A stretch of DNA of 64,000 nt from an uncultured Actinomycetes bacterium (GTDB taxonomy: Bacteria > Actinomycetota > Thermoleophilia > Solirubrobacterales > Solirubrobacteraceae), in the NCBI GenBank assembly GCA_963822735.1, contig CAWGIU010000015.1, positions 13,625 through 77,624 on the forward strand, read 5' to 3'. This document shows positions 27,671-34,978 of the stretch, one piece after another. Position 1 is the first letter of the stretch; every line of letters begins with the position of its first letter. The position numbers were made by a program, and so were the translations under genes. The notes under the pieces were generated by a model. It was not told the DNA's origin and ran no database searches. It saw only the letters and a list, made by a program, of their open reading frames with translations.

Positions 27671-28120
27671 ATGCGGACAGCGACGATCGGGATCCTCACG
27701 GGGTGCACACTTGCCGTCGCGGGCTGTGGTGGGGTTAAGCACTTCGCGAACAACCCACGCCCGGCCGTGCCGGTCAACCTGACGGTCTACGTCAACAACA
27801 GCCGAGTACTTCTGTCGCCCTCGTCGGTCGCTGCGGGACCGGTCGTGTTCATCATCACCAACCAGGCGAGCCAGGCGGAGTCGATCGCCATCGAGACGCT
27901 GGGCGGAAAGACGCTCGCCAGCACCGCCAGCATCAACCCGCAGGCCACGACGAGCGTGCAGGTCAACTCCTTCTCGCCCAACAGCTACTACACCGTGACC
28001 ACGAACGGCGGCGGCGGCGGCACGGACGCGTCCCAGGCCGTGGGTTCCTCGGTCCAGTCGGCCTCGCTGTACGTCGGCTCACCGCGCGAGAGCGCGAACA
28101 ACGTCCTGCTGCAGCCGTAG
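27671..28120 (+). CDS. Hypothetical lipoprotein (149 aa), beta-rich
   Basis: Internal ATG preceded by GAGGAGAGG. Translation begins MRTATIGILTGCTLAVAGCGG (lipobox). Confidence 0.65.
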   Translation: MRTATIGILTGCTLAVAGCGGVKHFANNPRPAVPVNLTVYVNNSRVLLSPSSVAAGPVVFIITNQASQAESIAIETLGGKTLASTASINPQATTSVQVNSFSPNSYYTVTTNGGGGGTDASQAVGSSVQSASLYVGSPRESANNVLLQP

Positions 28121-28142
28121 GCGTCAGCAAGCGGCCTCCGCC

Positions 28143-28194
28143 CGTGGCGGACTCGCAGACGTCCGTGCCGTGGCGGACTTGCAGACGTCTGTGC
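28143..28194. repeat. 2 x 26-bp direct repeat upstream of marR
   Basis: CGTGGCGGACTCGCAGACGTCCGTGC is followed by CGTGGCGGACTTGCAGACGTCTGTGC. The second copy contains the 10-bp palindrome CAGACGTCTG. Confidence 0.8.
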
Positions 28195-28197
28195 AAT

Positions 28198-28215
28198 ACT
28201 TGCGTGCATGCAAGT
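28198..28215. promoter_or_regulatory. Near-perfect 18-bp palindrome spanning the marR start codon; candidate MarR operator
   Basis: ACTTGC-GTGCAT-GCAAGT. The marR ATG is at 28208. Confidence 0.45.
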
Positions 28216-28687
28216 AACGACTGCGCCCACGCAGGTATCCGTAGAGCTGGCGGAAGATCTCTACGCGCTGGTGATCTTCCTGCACAAGCATTGCAACTCC
28301 GACCTTTTCGAGGCCGTCGGCGCGCTCGAATTGACGCTCACGCAGATCAAGCTGCTTCATCACTTCGAGGAGGCCGTCCGCCCCTTGACCCTGAAAGAAG
28401 CGGCCGAGCTCGTCAAGGTCTCGCTACCGGCCGCCAGCCGCACCGTGGACGACCTGGTGCGGCGGGGCTTCGCAGAGCGCCACGAGGATCTGGACGACCG
28501 CAGAATGAAGCGTGTCAGCGTGACCGACAAGGGCCGCCAGGTGATCAGGCGTCTCAACGCCGCGCGGCTCAGTGGCTTGCAGGCATTTGCCGAGAACTTG
28601 AATGACGTCGAACGCGACCGGCTCTCCGCCGCACTCTCGAAGCTGCTCGAGCGGCAGGAGATCGCCGAATGCCGCCTGGAGTCCTGA
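28208..28687 (+). CDS. MarR-family transcriptional regulator
   Basis: 159 aa with a winged-HTH pattern: LTLTQIKLLHHF...LKEAAELVKVSLPAASRTVDDLVRRGFAERHEDLDDRRMKRVSVTDKG. Confidence 0.88.
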   Translation: MQVTTAPTQVSVELAEDLYALVIFLHKHCNSDLFEAVGALELTLTQIKLLHHFEEAVRPLTLKEAAELVKVSLPAASRTVDDLVRRGFAERHEDLDDRRMKRVSVTDKGRQVIRRLNAARLSGLQAFAENLNDVERDRLSAALSKLLERQEIAECRLES

Positions 28688-28688
28688 G

Positions 28689-30299
28689 ATGACCCAACGA
28701 CTTCTGACCCACCGCGACCGGCTCGTGACAGAAGCGAACAGCCGCTGGTGGACCCTCGGCGCAATGTGCTTTGCGCTCTTCATGATCATGCTCGACAACA
28801 CGGTCGTGAACGTTGCGCTGCCGTCGATCCAGCGCGATCTGCACGCGTCACTCTCGTCGCTCGAGTGGACGATGAATGCCTACACGCTGACGTTCGCCGT
28901 GCTGTTGGTCACCGGCGGACGCTTGGGGGACATCTTCGGGCGACGACGGATGTTCCTGTTCGGCGTGTTCGTGTTCGGGATCTCCTCAGCAGCGATCGGA
29001 TTCGCACCGGACGACGCGGTACTGGTGTCCTTCCGCGCCGTCCAGGGCATCGGCGCGGCGTTCATGATGCCCGCGACCCTGTCGATCATCACGCAGACCT
29101 TCCCCGCGGAGCAGCGAGGGATGGCAATCGGCACGTGGGCCGGGGTGAGCGCGCTCGCCCTGGCAATCGGCCCGGTGGTCGGCGGCTTCTTGACCCAGGA
29201 CGTGAGCTGGCGAGCGATCTTCTTCATCAATCCCCCGATCGCCGTCGGCGCCGTCGCGGTCACGCTGTTCGCGACGCGCGAGTCCCGCGATGAGACGGTC
29301 GGCAGATCGGTCGACATCGCCGGGATCGCGTCGCTGACGGTCGGCCTAACGGCGCTGGTGCTCGGCCTGGTGGAGAGCAACGCCTGGCACTGGGGATCGA
29401 CCCGCGTGATCGGACTGTTCGTGATCGCGGTTGTGGCGCTGGCGGCGTTCGTGGTCATTGAGCTGCGCGTCCGTCTGCCGATGCTCGACTTCGCGTTCTT
29501 CCGCTCGCGTACCTCCGCGGGATCCAACATCGTCGCGTTCCTCGTCACGTTCGCGATGTTTGCCCAGTTCTTCTTTCTCACGCTCTACATGCAGAACGTG
29601 CTCCACTATTCGCCGCTCGAGACGGGGTTGCGCTTCCTGCCGGCGACGCTGGTGATCATCGTCATGGGACCGCTTGCCGGCCGCTTGACCGATCGGGTTG
29701 GCCCGCGGCCCCTCATGGTGCTCGGACTGCTGATAACTGGCGCGGCGCTGCTCGTCCAGTCTCGTCTCAGCCTCCATACGGGCTACGGGCTGCTGCTTCC
29801 GGGCTTCATCCTCATGGGCCTGGGCATGGGAATGGTGATGTCCCCGATGAGCACGGCCGCGATGAATGCCGTCGACCGCGCCAAGGCCGGCGCGGCTTCC
29901 GGTGTGCTGTCGATGAGCCGGATGGTGGGCGGCAGCGTCGGGTTGGCGGTAATGGGAGCGCTGGTGGCGACGATCGGGCGCGCCAAGCTGAACTCGAGCC
30001 TTCCCCAGCTCCCGGCTGGCGTGCGCTCGAAAATCGCAAGCTCGCTTGGCAGCGGCGTCGTTCAGGGCGTGCCGAACGCTTCGCACCACGTGATCCAGGC
30101 GGTCCAGCAGGCGTTTGTGTCTGCCCTCGGCACCGGACTCGAGATCGGCGCGGCGGTTTCGGTGCTGGGAGCACTGCTTGCGCTCCTCCTCGTCGGTCGT
30201 GTCCACAGCCGCAGCGAGGCTGAGCCCAGCGCCGATGCCGGCGCCGCGAGCGAGGACCTCGAGCGCGGAGATCAGGCGCCCGAGACAGCGGCTGCCTGA
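28689..30299 (+). CDS. MFS drug:H+ antiporter, DHA2 (EmrB/QacA, 14-TMS) family
   Basis: ATG lies 2 nt after the marR stop. Contains WWTLGAMCFALFMIMLDNTVVNVALPSIQRDL and LLVTGGRLGDIFGRRR. Confidence 0.88.
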   Translation: MTQRLLTHRDRLVTEANSRWWTLGAMCFALFMIMLDNTVVNVALPSIQRDLHASLSSLEWTMNAYTLTFAVLLVTGGRLGDIFGRRRMFLFGVFVFGISSAAIGFAPDDAVLVSFRAVQGIGAAFMMPATLSIITQTFPAEQRGMAIGTWAGVSALALAIGPVVGGFLTQDVSWRAIFFINPPIAVGAVAVTLFATRESRDETVGRSVDIAGIASLTVGLTALVLGLVESNAWHWGSTRVIGLFVIAVVALAAFVVIELRVRLPMLDFAFFRSRTSAGSNIVAFLVTFAMFAQFFFLTLYMQNVLHYSPLETGLRFLPATLVIIVMGPLAGRLTDRVGPRPLMVLGLLITGAALLVQSRLSLHTGYGLLLPGFILMGLGMGMVMSPMSTAAMNAVDRAKAGAASGVLSMSRMVGGSVGLAVMGALVATIGRAKLNSSLPQLPAGVRSKIASSLGSGVVQGVPNASHHVIQAVQQAFVSALGTGLEIGAAVSVLGALLALLLVGRVHSRSEAEPSADAGAASEDLERGDQAPETAAA

Positions 30300-30383
30300 C
30301 GGCAGGGCGCCCGTCGCCCGGCTACGATCCCGCTCAGACCAGGACCGAAAAGTCGCAAAACGACCTAGGAAGGTGCCAGCCGC

Positions 30384-31640
30384 GTGGCCGTAGATGTGAG
30401 CCAAGTTTCCGTTGTCGACGCCGAGCTCGGTGAGCTTCCACCCACGATGGCAGCGTGGGTCATCCGCCAGGAGCGCGAAGGCGAACCGATGGATGCCTTC
30501 CAGCTCGAGGACATCGAGGTCCCTGAGCCGGGCGCTTTCGAGGTGATCGTGCGCGTCATGGCCGCCGGCGTCAACTACAACAACGTCTGGGCGGCCCGCG
30601 GCGAGCCCGTTTCGGTGTTCGGCTACGGCGATCACCCGGAGTACGGCCACCACATCGGTGGCTCTGACGCTTCGGGCATCGTGTGGAAGGTCGGCGAGGG
30701 CGTCACGCGCTGGAAGCCGGGCGACGAGGTGGTGATCCATTGCAATCAGGCCTCCTACGAGGACCCTGAGGTCCATGGTCTCGATCCCCTCGCGGCGCCG
30801 TCTCAGCGCATCTGGGGCTATGAGACGACTTGGGGATCGTTCGCACAATTCACGAAGGTCCAGGCCCAGCAGCTGCTTCCTCGGCCACAGAACCTGAGCT
30901 GGGAGGAGGCCGCCTCCTACGGGCTCGTGTACTTCACCGCCTACAGGATGCTGATCACCCAGTGCAAGCTGCAGGCCGGGCACCGGGTGCTGATTTGGGG
31001 CGCGGCCGGTGGCCTTGGCGTGTTCGCCACGCAGCTTTGCACGCTGACCGGGGCCGACTCCGTCGGCGTCGTCTCGAGCGGCGAGAAGGGAAAACTGGTC
31101 GAACAGCTGGGAGCGGTAGGCCACATCAACCGCGGGGACTACGCCGGCATGATGCGTCGAGGAGGCGAGTCGCTGGCGGAAGAGAAGGCCCGCTTCAAGG
31201 AGTCACGTCGGTTCTCGAAGGCCGTCAACGAGATCCTCGGCGGCCCGCCCGACATCGTCTTCGAGCACGTGGGGAAGGCCACGTTCCCCACCTCGGTTCT
31301 GGCGGTCAAGCCGTTCGGGAAGGTCGTGATCTGCGCTGGGACGACCGGCTACAACCTGGACTTCGACGTTCGCTATCTCTGGATGCGTCAGAAGCAGATC
31401 ATCGGCTCGCACTTCGCCAACGCGTACGAGTGCATGAAGGCCAACGAGCTGATCGAGGAAGCGAAGATCCGTCCAGTGCTGTCGCAGACGATGGGCTTTG
31501 AGGGCGTTCCCGACGCCCACCAGCTGATGCGTGAGAACAAGCACCTGGGCAAGATCGCCATCCTCGTCGGTGCCACCGAAGCGGGCCAGGGCAAGACGGT
31601 CGAGGGGCCGGGCGCCATCCACGCGGAAGTGGGTGCCTGA
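30384..31640 (+). CDS. ccr: Crotonyl-CoA carboxylase/reductase
   Basis: 418 aa. Contains PPTMAAWVIRQEREGEPMDAFQLEDIEVPEPGAFEVIVRVMAAGVNYNNVWAARGEPVS and IWGYETTWGSFAQF, characteristic of Ccr rather than generic MDR reductases. Confidence 0.85.
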   Translation: MAVDVSQVSVVDAELGELPPTMAAWVIRQEREGEPMDAFQLEDIEVPEPGAFEVIVRVMAAGVNYNNVWAARGEPVSVFGYGDHPEYGHHIGGSDASGIVWKVGEGVTRWKPGDEVVIHCNQASYEDPEVHGLDPLAAPSQRIWGYETTWGSFAQFTKVQAQQLLPRPQNLSWEEAASYGLVYFTAYRMLITQCKLQAGHRVLIWGAAGGLGVFATQLCTLTGADSVGVVSSGEKGKLVEQLGAVGHINRGDYAGMMRRGGESLAEEKARFKESRRFSKAVNEILGGPPDIVFEHVGKATFPTSVLAVKPFGKVVICAGTTGYNLDFDVRYLWMRQKQIIGSHFANAYECMKANELIEEAKIRPVLSQTMGFEGVPDAHQLMRENKHLGKIAILVGATEAGQGKTVEGPGAIHAEVGA

Positions 31641-32005
31641 TGCCGGGCGTCGTTTGGGTTCCGTGGTATGCGGCCGTGCTCCGGCACGAGACGTTCGCCC
31701 TGGAGGTGGCGCAGGTGGCGCCATTCGCACTGCGCTACGGCGCCACGCAGTACGCCGTCCACCGCAGCCGCGACGACCGCTATCGGATCTGGCACATGAC
31801 CTGGTTCGATCGCAAGGAAGACTGGTACCGCTTCTGGGACGGCCCAGAGATGATCGATTTCCGCGCTCGCAATATGGGGCGCTACCAGGTTCCGATCACG
31901 TATATCTGGTGCGATGAGCTGGCTGCTGGGACGCTCGGACCGGAGGTTCCGACTGTCCCTGAGCCCGAGCCGACCCCCCCGACGCAGCCGCAGAGCGCGG
32001 CTTAG
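31640..32005 (+). CDS. Hypothetical Trp-rich protein (121 aa) translationally coupled to ccr
   Basis: The ATG shares its A with the ccr TGA stop. Translation is MPGVVWVPWYAAVLRHETFALEV...RYRIWHMTWFDRKEDWYRFWDGPEMIDF. It has a Pro-rich tail. I recognise no family. Confidence 0.5.
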   Translation: MPGVVWVPWYAAVLRHETFALEVAQVAPFALRYGATQYAVHRSRDDRYRIWHMTWFDRKEDWYRFWDGPEMIDFRARNMGRYQVPITYIWCDELAAGTLGPEVPTVPEPEPTPPTQPQSAA

Positions 32006-33149
32006 AGTCCGCCCTCAGGGCCAGCTGAAGCCAGAATCGCTCGTCGGGATCGTCGAGCGCGCGCCCGAAGAGCTCGCGCAGCCGGGTCACGCGGTAGCGC
32101 GCGGTCTGTGGATGGACGCCGAGCCTGCTCGCCACCTGGCCCAGGCGGCCTTGCTCCTGAAGCCAGACCCGCAGCGTCTCGGTGAATCGATTGCGTGATC
32201 CGTCGGAGAGTCGCTGGAGAGGCGCCAACCGGTCGGCGGCCAGCTCGGCCGCCAGCCCCGGGTCGCTGCGCAGCAACAGCTCGCCCGCGCGTTGGCTGGC
32301 GATGAGTAGCGCGGGCCCATCGCCGGCCAGCGTCAGCGCAGCCTGCGCGCGCTCGAAGCTGAGGGCGGCCGCGGTCGACGGGACGGTCGTGCCAAGCGCC
32401 GCCACGGCATCGGCACCGACCACGGCGCGTTCCAGCTCCTCCCGACGGCCCGGGCCCTCGGGGTCGGGCACGATCGCACACACCAGATCGCCGACCGCCT
32501 CGGCGATCGCGTCGGCGGGCAGGCGCGGCATCACCGCGTGTCGATGCGGTCCACCAACCGCCGCCACGGCCAGCTGCCGGGGCAGCCGCCAGCCAGCGTC
32601 GCTGGCCGCCAACTCGAGCGTGGCCCGTTCCTCGGGCGGGTCACGAAGCAGGAGCCGCACGAGACGTCGGCGCCGCAGCTGGGTCTCTCCGACCACGGCG
32701 GACTGTTCGAGCGCGTGGCCTTCCGCGGACTCCGCCGACAGCGCGTCGATGTAGGCAAAGATCGACTCGGCGAGTAGATAGAGCGTGTCTGGAGCCAGTC
32801 CCGCGGCGACCCCGGCGGCGGCGAAGCGCCGCCAGGCCACACGGGCACCGAGGCGGTAGGCGCTGAGCAGCGCGTCGAGACTACGGCCGGCGCGCATCTC
32901 GCCCCGGCCGAGCGCCACGTAGACGTCGGAGCGGGGCACAGGACCGCCGGCCTCGATCTCTGCCAGGAAGTGCCGGATGGCCTCCTGTACGCCGGCCCTG
33001 ATTGCCTCGCCGAACGGTCCCTCCAGGGGTCGGGCGTAGGCGGGAACGGTCCTCACCGCGTCGATCATCTCGTCGGCCACCTCCGGCAACACGGGACGCA
33101 GGACGCGCGCCACCTCCGGCGGCAGCTCGTGCCACGGCTGCTCGGCCAT
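31896..33149 (-). CDS. PucR/CdaR-family transcriptional regulator
   Basis: 417 aa. The C-terminal HTH reads ETLRVWLQEQGRLGQVASRLGVHPQTARYRVTRLRELFG. Its 3' end overlaps the 31640..32005 ORF by 110 nt. Confidence 0.8.
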   Translation of the reverse strand: MAEQPWHELPPEVARVLRPVLPEVADEMIDAVRTVPAYARPLEGPFGEAIRAGVQEAIRHFLAEIEAGGPVPRSDVYVALGRGEMRAGRSLDALLSAYRLGARVAWRRFAAAGVAAGLAPDTLYLLAESIFAYIDALSAESAEGHALEQSAVVGETQLRRRRLVRLLLRDPPEERATLELAASDAGWRLPRQLAVAAVGGPHRHAVMPRLPADAIAEAVGDLVCAIVPDPEGPGRREELERAVVGADAVAALGTTVPSTAAALSFERAQAALTLAGDGPALLIASQRAGELLLRSDPGLAAELAADRLAPLQRLSDGSRNRFTETLRVWLQEQGRLGQVASRLGVHPQTARYRVTRLRELFGRALDDPDERFWLQLALRADSKPRSAAASGGSARAQGQSEPPVRASQQPAHRTRYT

Positions 33150-33271
33150 CTATGGAGTAAGCGCCACTGGCGGTGATCCCCACATATTCATACGCAAGCT
33201 ACAAGTTTTCGCTCGCTGGTCGTCGCAGGTCTAGGAGAGACTTCGCTCAACTTGACGTATGGTTGGACGGG

Positions 33272-34204
33272 ATGACCCGTGTCCACAAGCTCGTCAACCT
33301 GATCGGCGTCACGCTCCCGCCCCTGGCGCTCGTCGCCGCGGTCGTATTGCTGTGGAATCGTGCGATCGGGCCGCTGGAGTTGGCCCTGATGATCACGTTC
33401 TACGTGCTGACCTGCCTCGGGGTGACGCTCGGCTATCACCGCATGTTCACCCACCGGGCGATGGAGTCCTCGCAAGCATTCCGCGCCTTCATCGCGGTTC
33501 TGGGCTCGATGGCCGTGCAGGGATCGGTCATCACCTGGGTGGCGGACCACCGCAAACATCACGCGTTCACCGATCAGGAGGGCGACCCGCATTCGCCCCA
33601 CCTCAGCGGCCCCGGCTTCTGGGGTGCGGTCAGGGGGCTGTGGCATGCGCACACGGGCTGGCTGTTCGAGACCGTCGGCACTGCCGATCGCAATCGCTTC
33701 GCCCCCGACCTCGTCAAGGACCGCGCGATGCGCGTCATCGACAAGCTCTTCTTCCTCTGGGTTTCGCTCGGGTTCGTGATTCCGTTCGTGCTTGGATGGA
33801 TCGTGGGCGGCGGCCTCGGGACGGCGCTGACCGCCGTGCTGTGGGGCGGGCTCGTGCGCGTGTTCCTGCTCCACCACGTCACGTGGTCGATCAACTCCGT
33901 CTGCCACTTCTTCGGTCGGCGCCGGTTCGACATCGACGACGAGTCCCGCAACGTCTTCTGGCTCGCTCCGTTCTCGATGGGCGAGGCGTGGCACCACAAT
34001 CACCACACGTTCCCGACCTCGGCGTTCCACGGGTTGCGCTTCTGGGAGCGGGTCGCCGACCCGACTGGGCTACTGATCACGGTGCTGGAGAAGCTGGGCG
34101 TGGTCTGGAACGTGGTCCGCGTCACCCCCGAGCGCCAGCGGGCGAAGACGCTGGGGGCTGACCACAACGCGCTCGGGCGCGAGACGCTGGCCGGCCAGGT
34201 CTAG
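33272..34204 (+). CDS. Membrane acyl-CoA/fatty-acid desaturase (DesA3-like, delta-9 type)
   Basis: Three histidine boxes are present: HRMFTHR, HRKHHAFTD and HHNHHTF. The start was chosen at MTRVHKL. Confidence 0.85.
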   Translation: MTRVHKLVNLIGVTLPPLALVAAVVLLWNRAIGPLELALMITFYVLTCLGVTLGYHRMFTHRAMESSQAFRAFIAVLGSMAVQGSVITWVADHRKHHAFTDQEGDPHSPHLSGPGFWGAVRGLWHAHTGWLFETVGTADRNRFAPDLVKDRAMRVIDKLFFLWVSLGFVIPFVLGWIVGGGLGTALTAVLWGGLVRVFLLHHVTWSINSVCHFFGRRRFDIDDESRNVFWLAPFSMGEAWHHNHHTFPTSAFHGLRFWERVADPTGLLITVLEKLGVVWNVVRVTPERQRAKTLGADHNALGRETLAGQV

Positions 34205-34290
34205 GGACCCCTCGCGGGCGGCCGGGCCGGTCTAGGGACCCCGTCGACGCGTAGCCGGGCCGGTCTAGAGACCCCTCGACGCTGGGCCGC
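34198..34290. repeat. 3 x ~32-bp tandem repeat starting at the desaturase stop codon
   Basis: The core GGTCTAG(G/A)GACCCC... recurs at 34198, 34229 and 34262, each preceded by GCCGGGCC. The arms GGTC/GACC are inverted. Confidence 0.8.
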
Positions 34291-34347
34291 GGCGCGCGCG
34301 GGCAGCGACCTAAGGCCGCGCCGGAGCGGCGACGCGGCCGCTCGCCC

Positions 34348-34635
34348 CTACCCCGCCTCGAGCGGCGCCATCGTCAAGCCCGCGCCGTCAAGCTGCTGCC
34401 AGTAGTCCTCGGCGTCCTCGCGCGGGCCGCTCCAGACGATCGCGCAGCCGCTGTTGTGGATGCGATGAGCAAAGCGGTAGCCGTCGGCCAGCGAGACATT
34501 CGGGATCACGCGCGCCAGCGACTCGGCAACGTGATCAAAGGTGTTGTGGTCGTCGTTCAGGACCACGACCCGCCACAGGCCGCCGAGCCCGCTGCCCGGT
34601 CCCCCGAGGCGAGGCAGCTCCACTGTCTGCGACAT
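34348..34635 (-). CDS. clpS: ATP-dependent Clp protease adaptor ClpS
   Basis: Internal ATG (MSQTVELP...). Contains WRVVVLNDDHNTFDHVAESLARVIP. Confidence 0.88.
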   Translation of the reverse strand: MSQTVELPRLGGPGSGLGGLWRVVVLNDDHNTFDHVAESLARVIPNVSLADGYRFAHRIHNSGCAIVWSGPREDAEDYWQQLDGAGLTMAPLEAG

Positions 34636-34800
34636 TGCTCTGCAGCATACCTCGGGCATAGCCGCGGGATGAGAACCGTTCCCGGTCCCGATGAATGGTC
34701 GGCGCGGTAGCCGGATGGAGGGCAAGGAGGCCGCTCATGCTCGGAGCGCAAGCCGCACGGGATGGCGCGGTTTGCCGCTGATGAGGCGCGAGTTCTCGCG

Positions 34801-34920
34801 ACCTGCTCAAATCGCCATTCGCCCCCCGCCCCGCGCGATTTGCCCCGTTAAGCAGGCTATACCTGCTCAAATCGCCATTCGCCGCTCGGCCAACGCGATT
34901 TGCCCCGTTAAGCAGGTCCG
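34801..34920. repeat. 2 x 60-bp exact-period tandem repeat; each unit is a hairpin with conserved arms and a variable centre
   Basis: Both units share ACCTGCTCAAATCGCCATTCGCC at positions 1-23 and GCGATTTGCCCCGTTAAGCAGG at positions 35-56. Only positions 24-34 differ. The arms CCTGCT-CAAATCGC and GCGATTTG...AGCAGG are complementary. Confidence 0.9.
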
Positions 34921-34978
34921 CCCGAGAGCCTCCGCCCTCCTGTCGTGAAAACAGGTCCGGTCGCCGACCGGTTTGGAG

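Noticed and set aside
29346-31124. A 592-aa ORF antisense to the MFS transporter and ccr.
   Set aside because: A low-complexity, Arg/His/Asp-rich translation lying opposite two genes with clear family motifs. It is a shadow ORF.
34801-34920. Whether any tandem repeat (34801, 45313, 62129, 34198, 28143) is a CRISPR array. Also whether the 60-bp units are a guanidine-II (mini-ykkC) or other tandem riboswitch.
   Set aside because: Only 2-3 copies are present, there are no unique spacers of CRISPR-like length, and there are no cas genes. The hairpin loops lack the conserved ACGR tetraloop, and the downstream gene (clpS) does not fit a guanidine regulon. The repeats are kept as unexplained.
34691-34948. 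An 85-aa plus-strand ORF whose peptide repeats itself (AQIAIR...AICPVKQ twice).
   Set aside because: The repetition is a by-product of translating the 2 x 60-bp DNA repeat. There is no RBS, and the region folds into hairpins. I treat it as non-coding.
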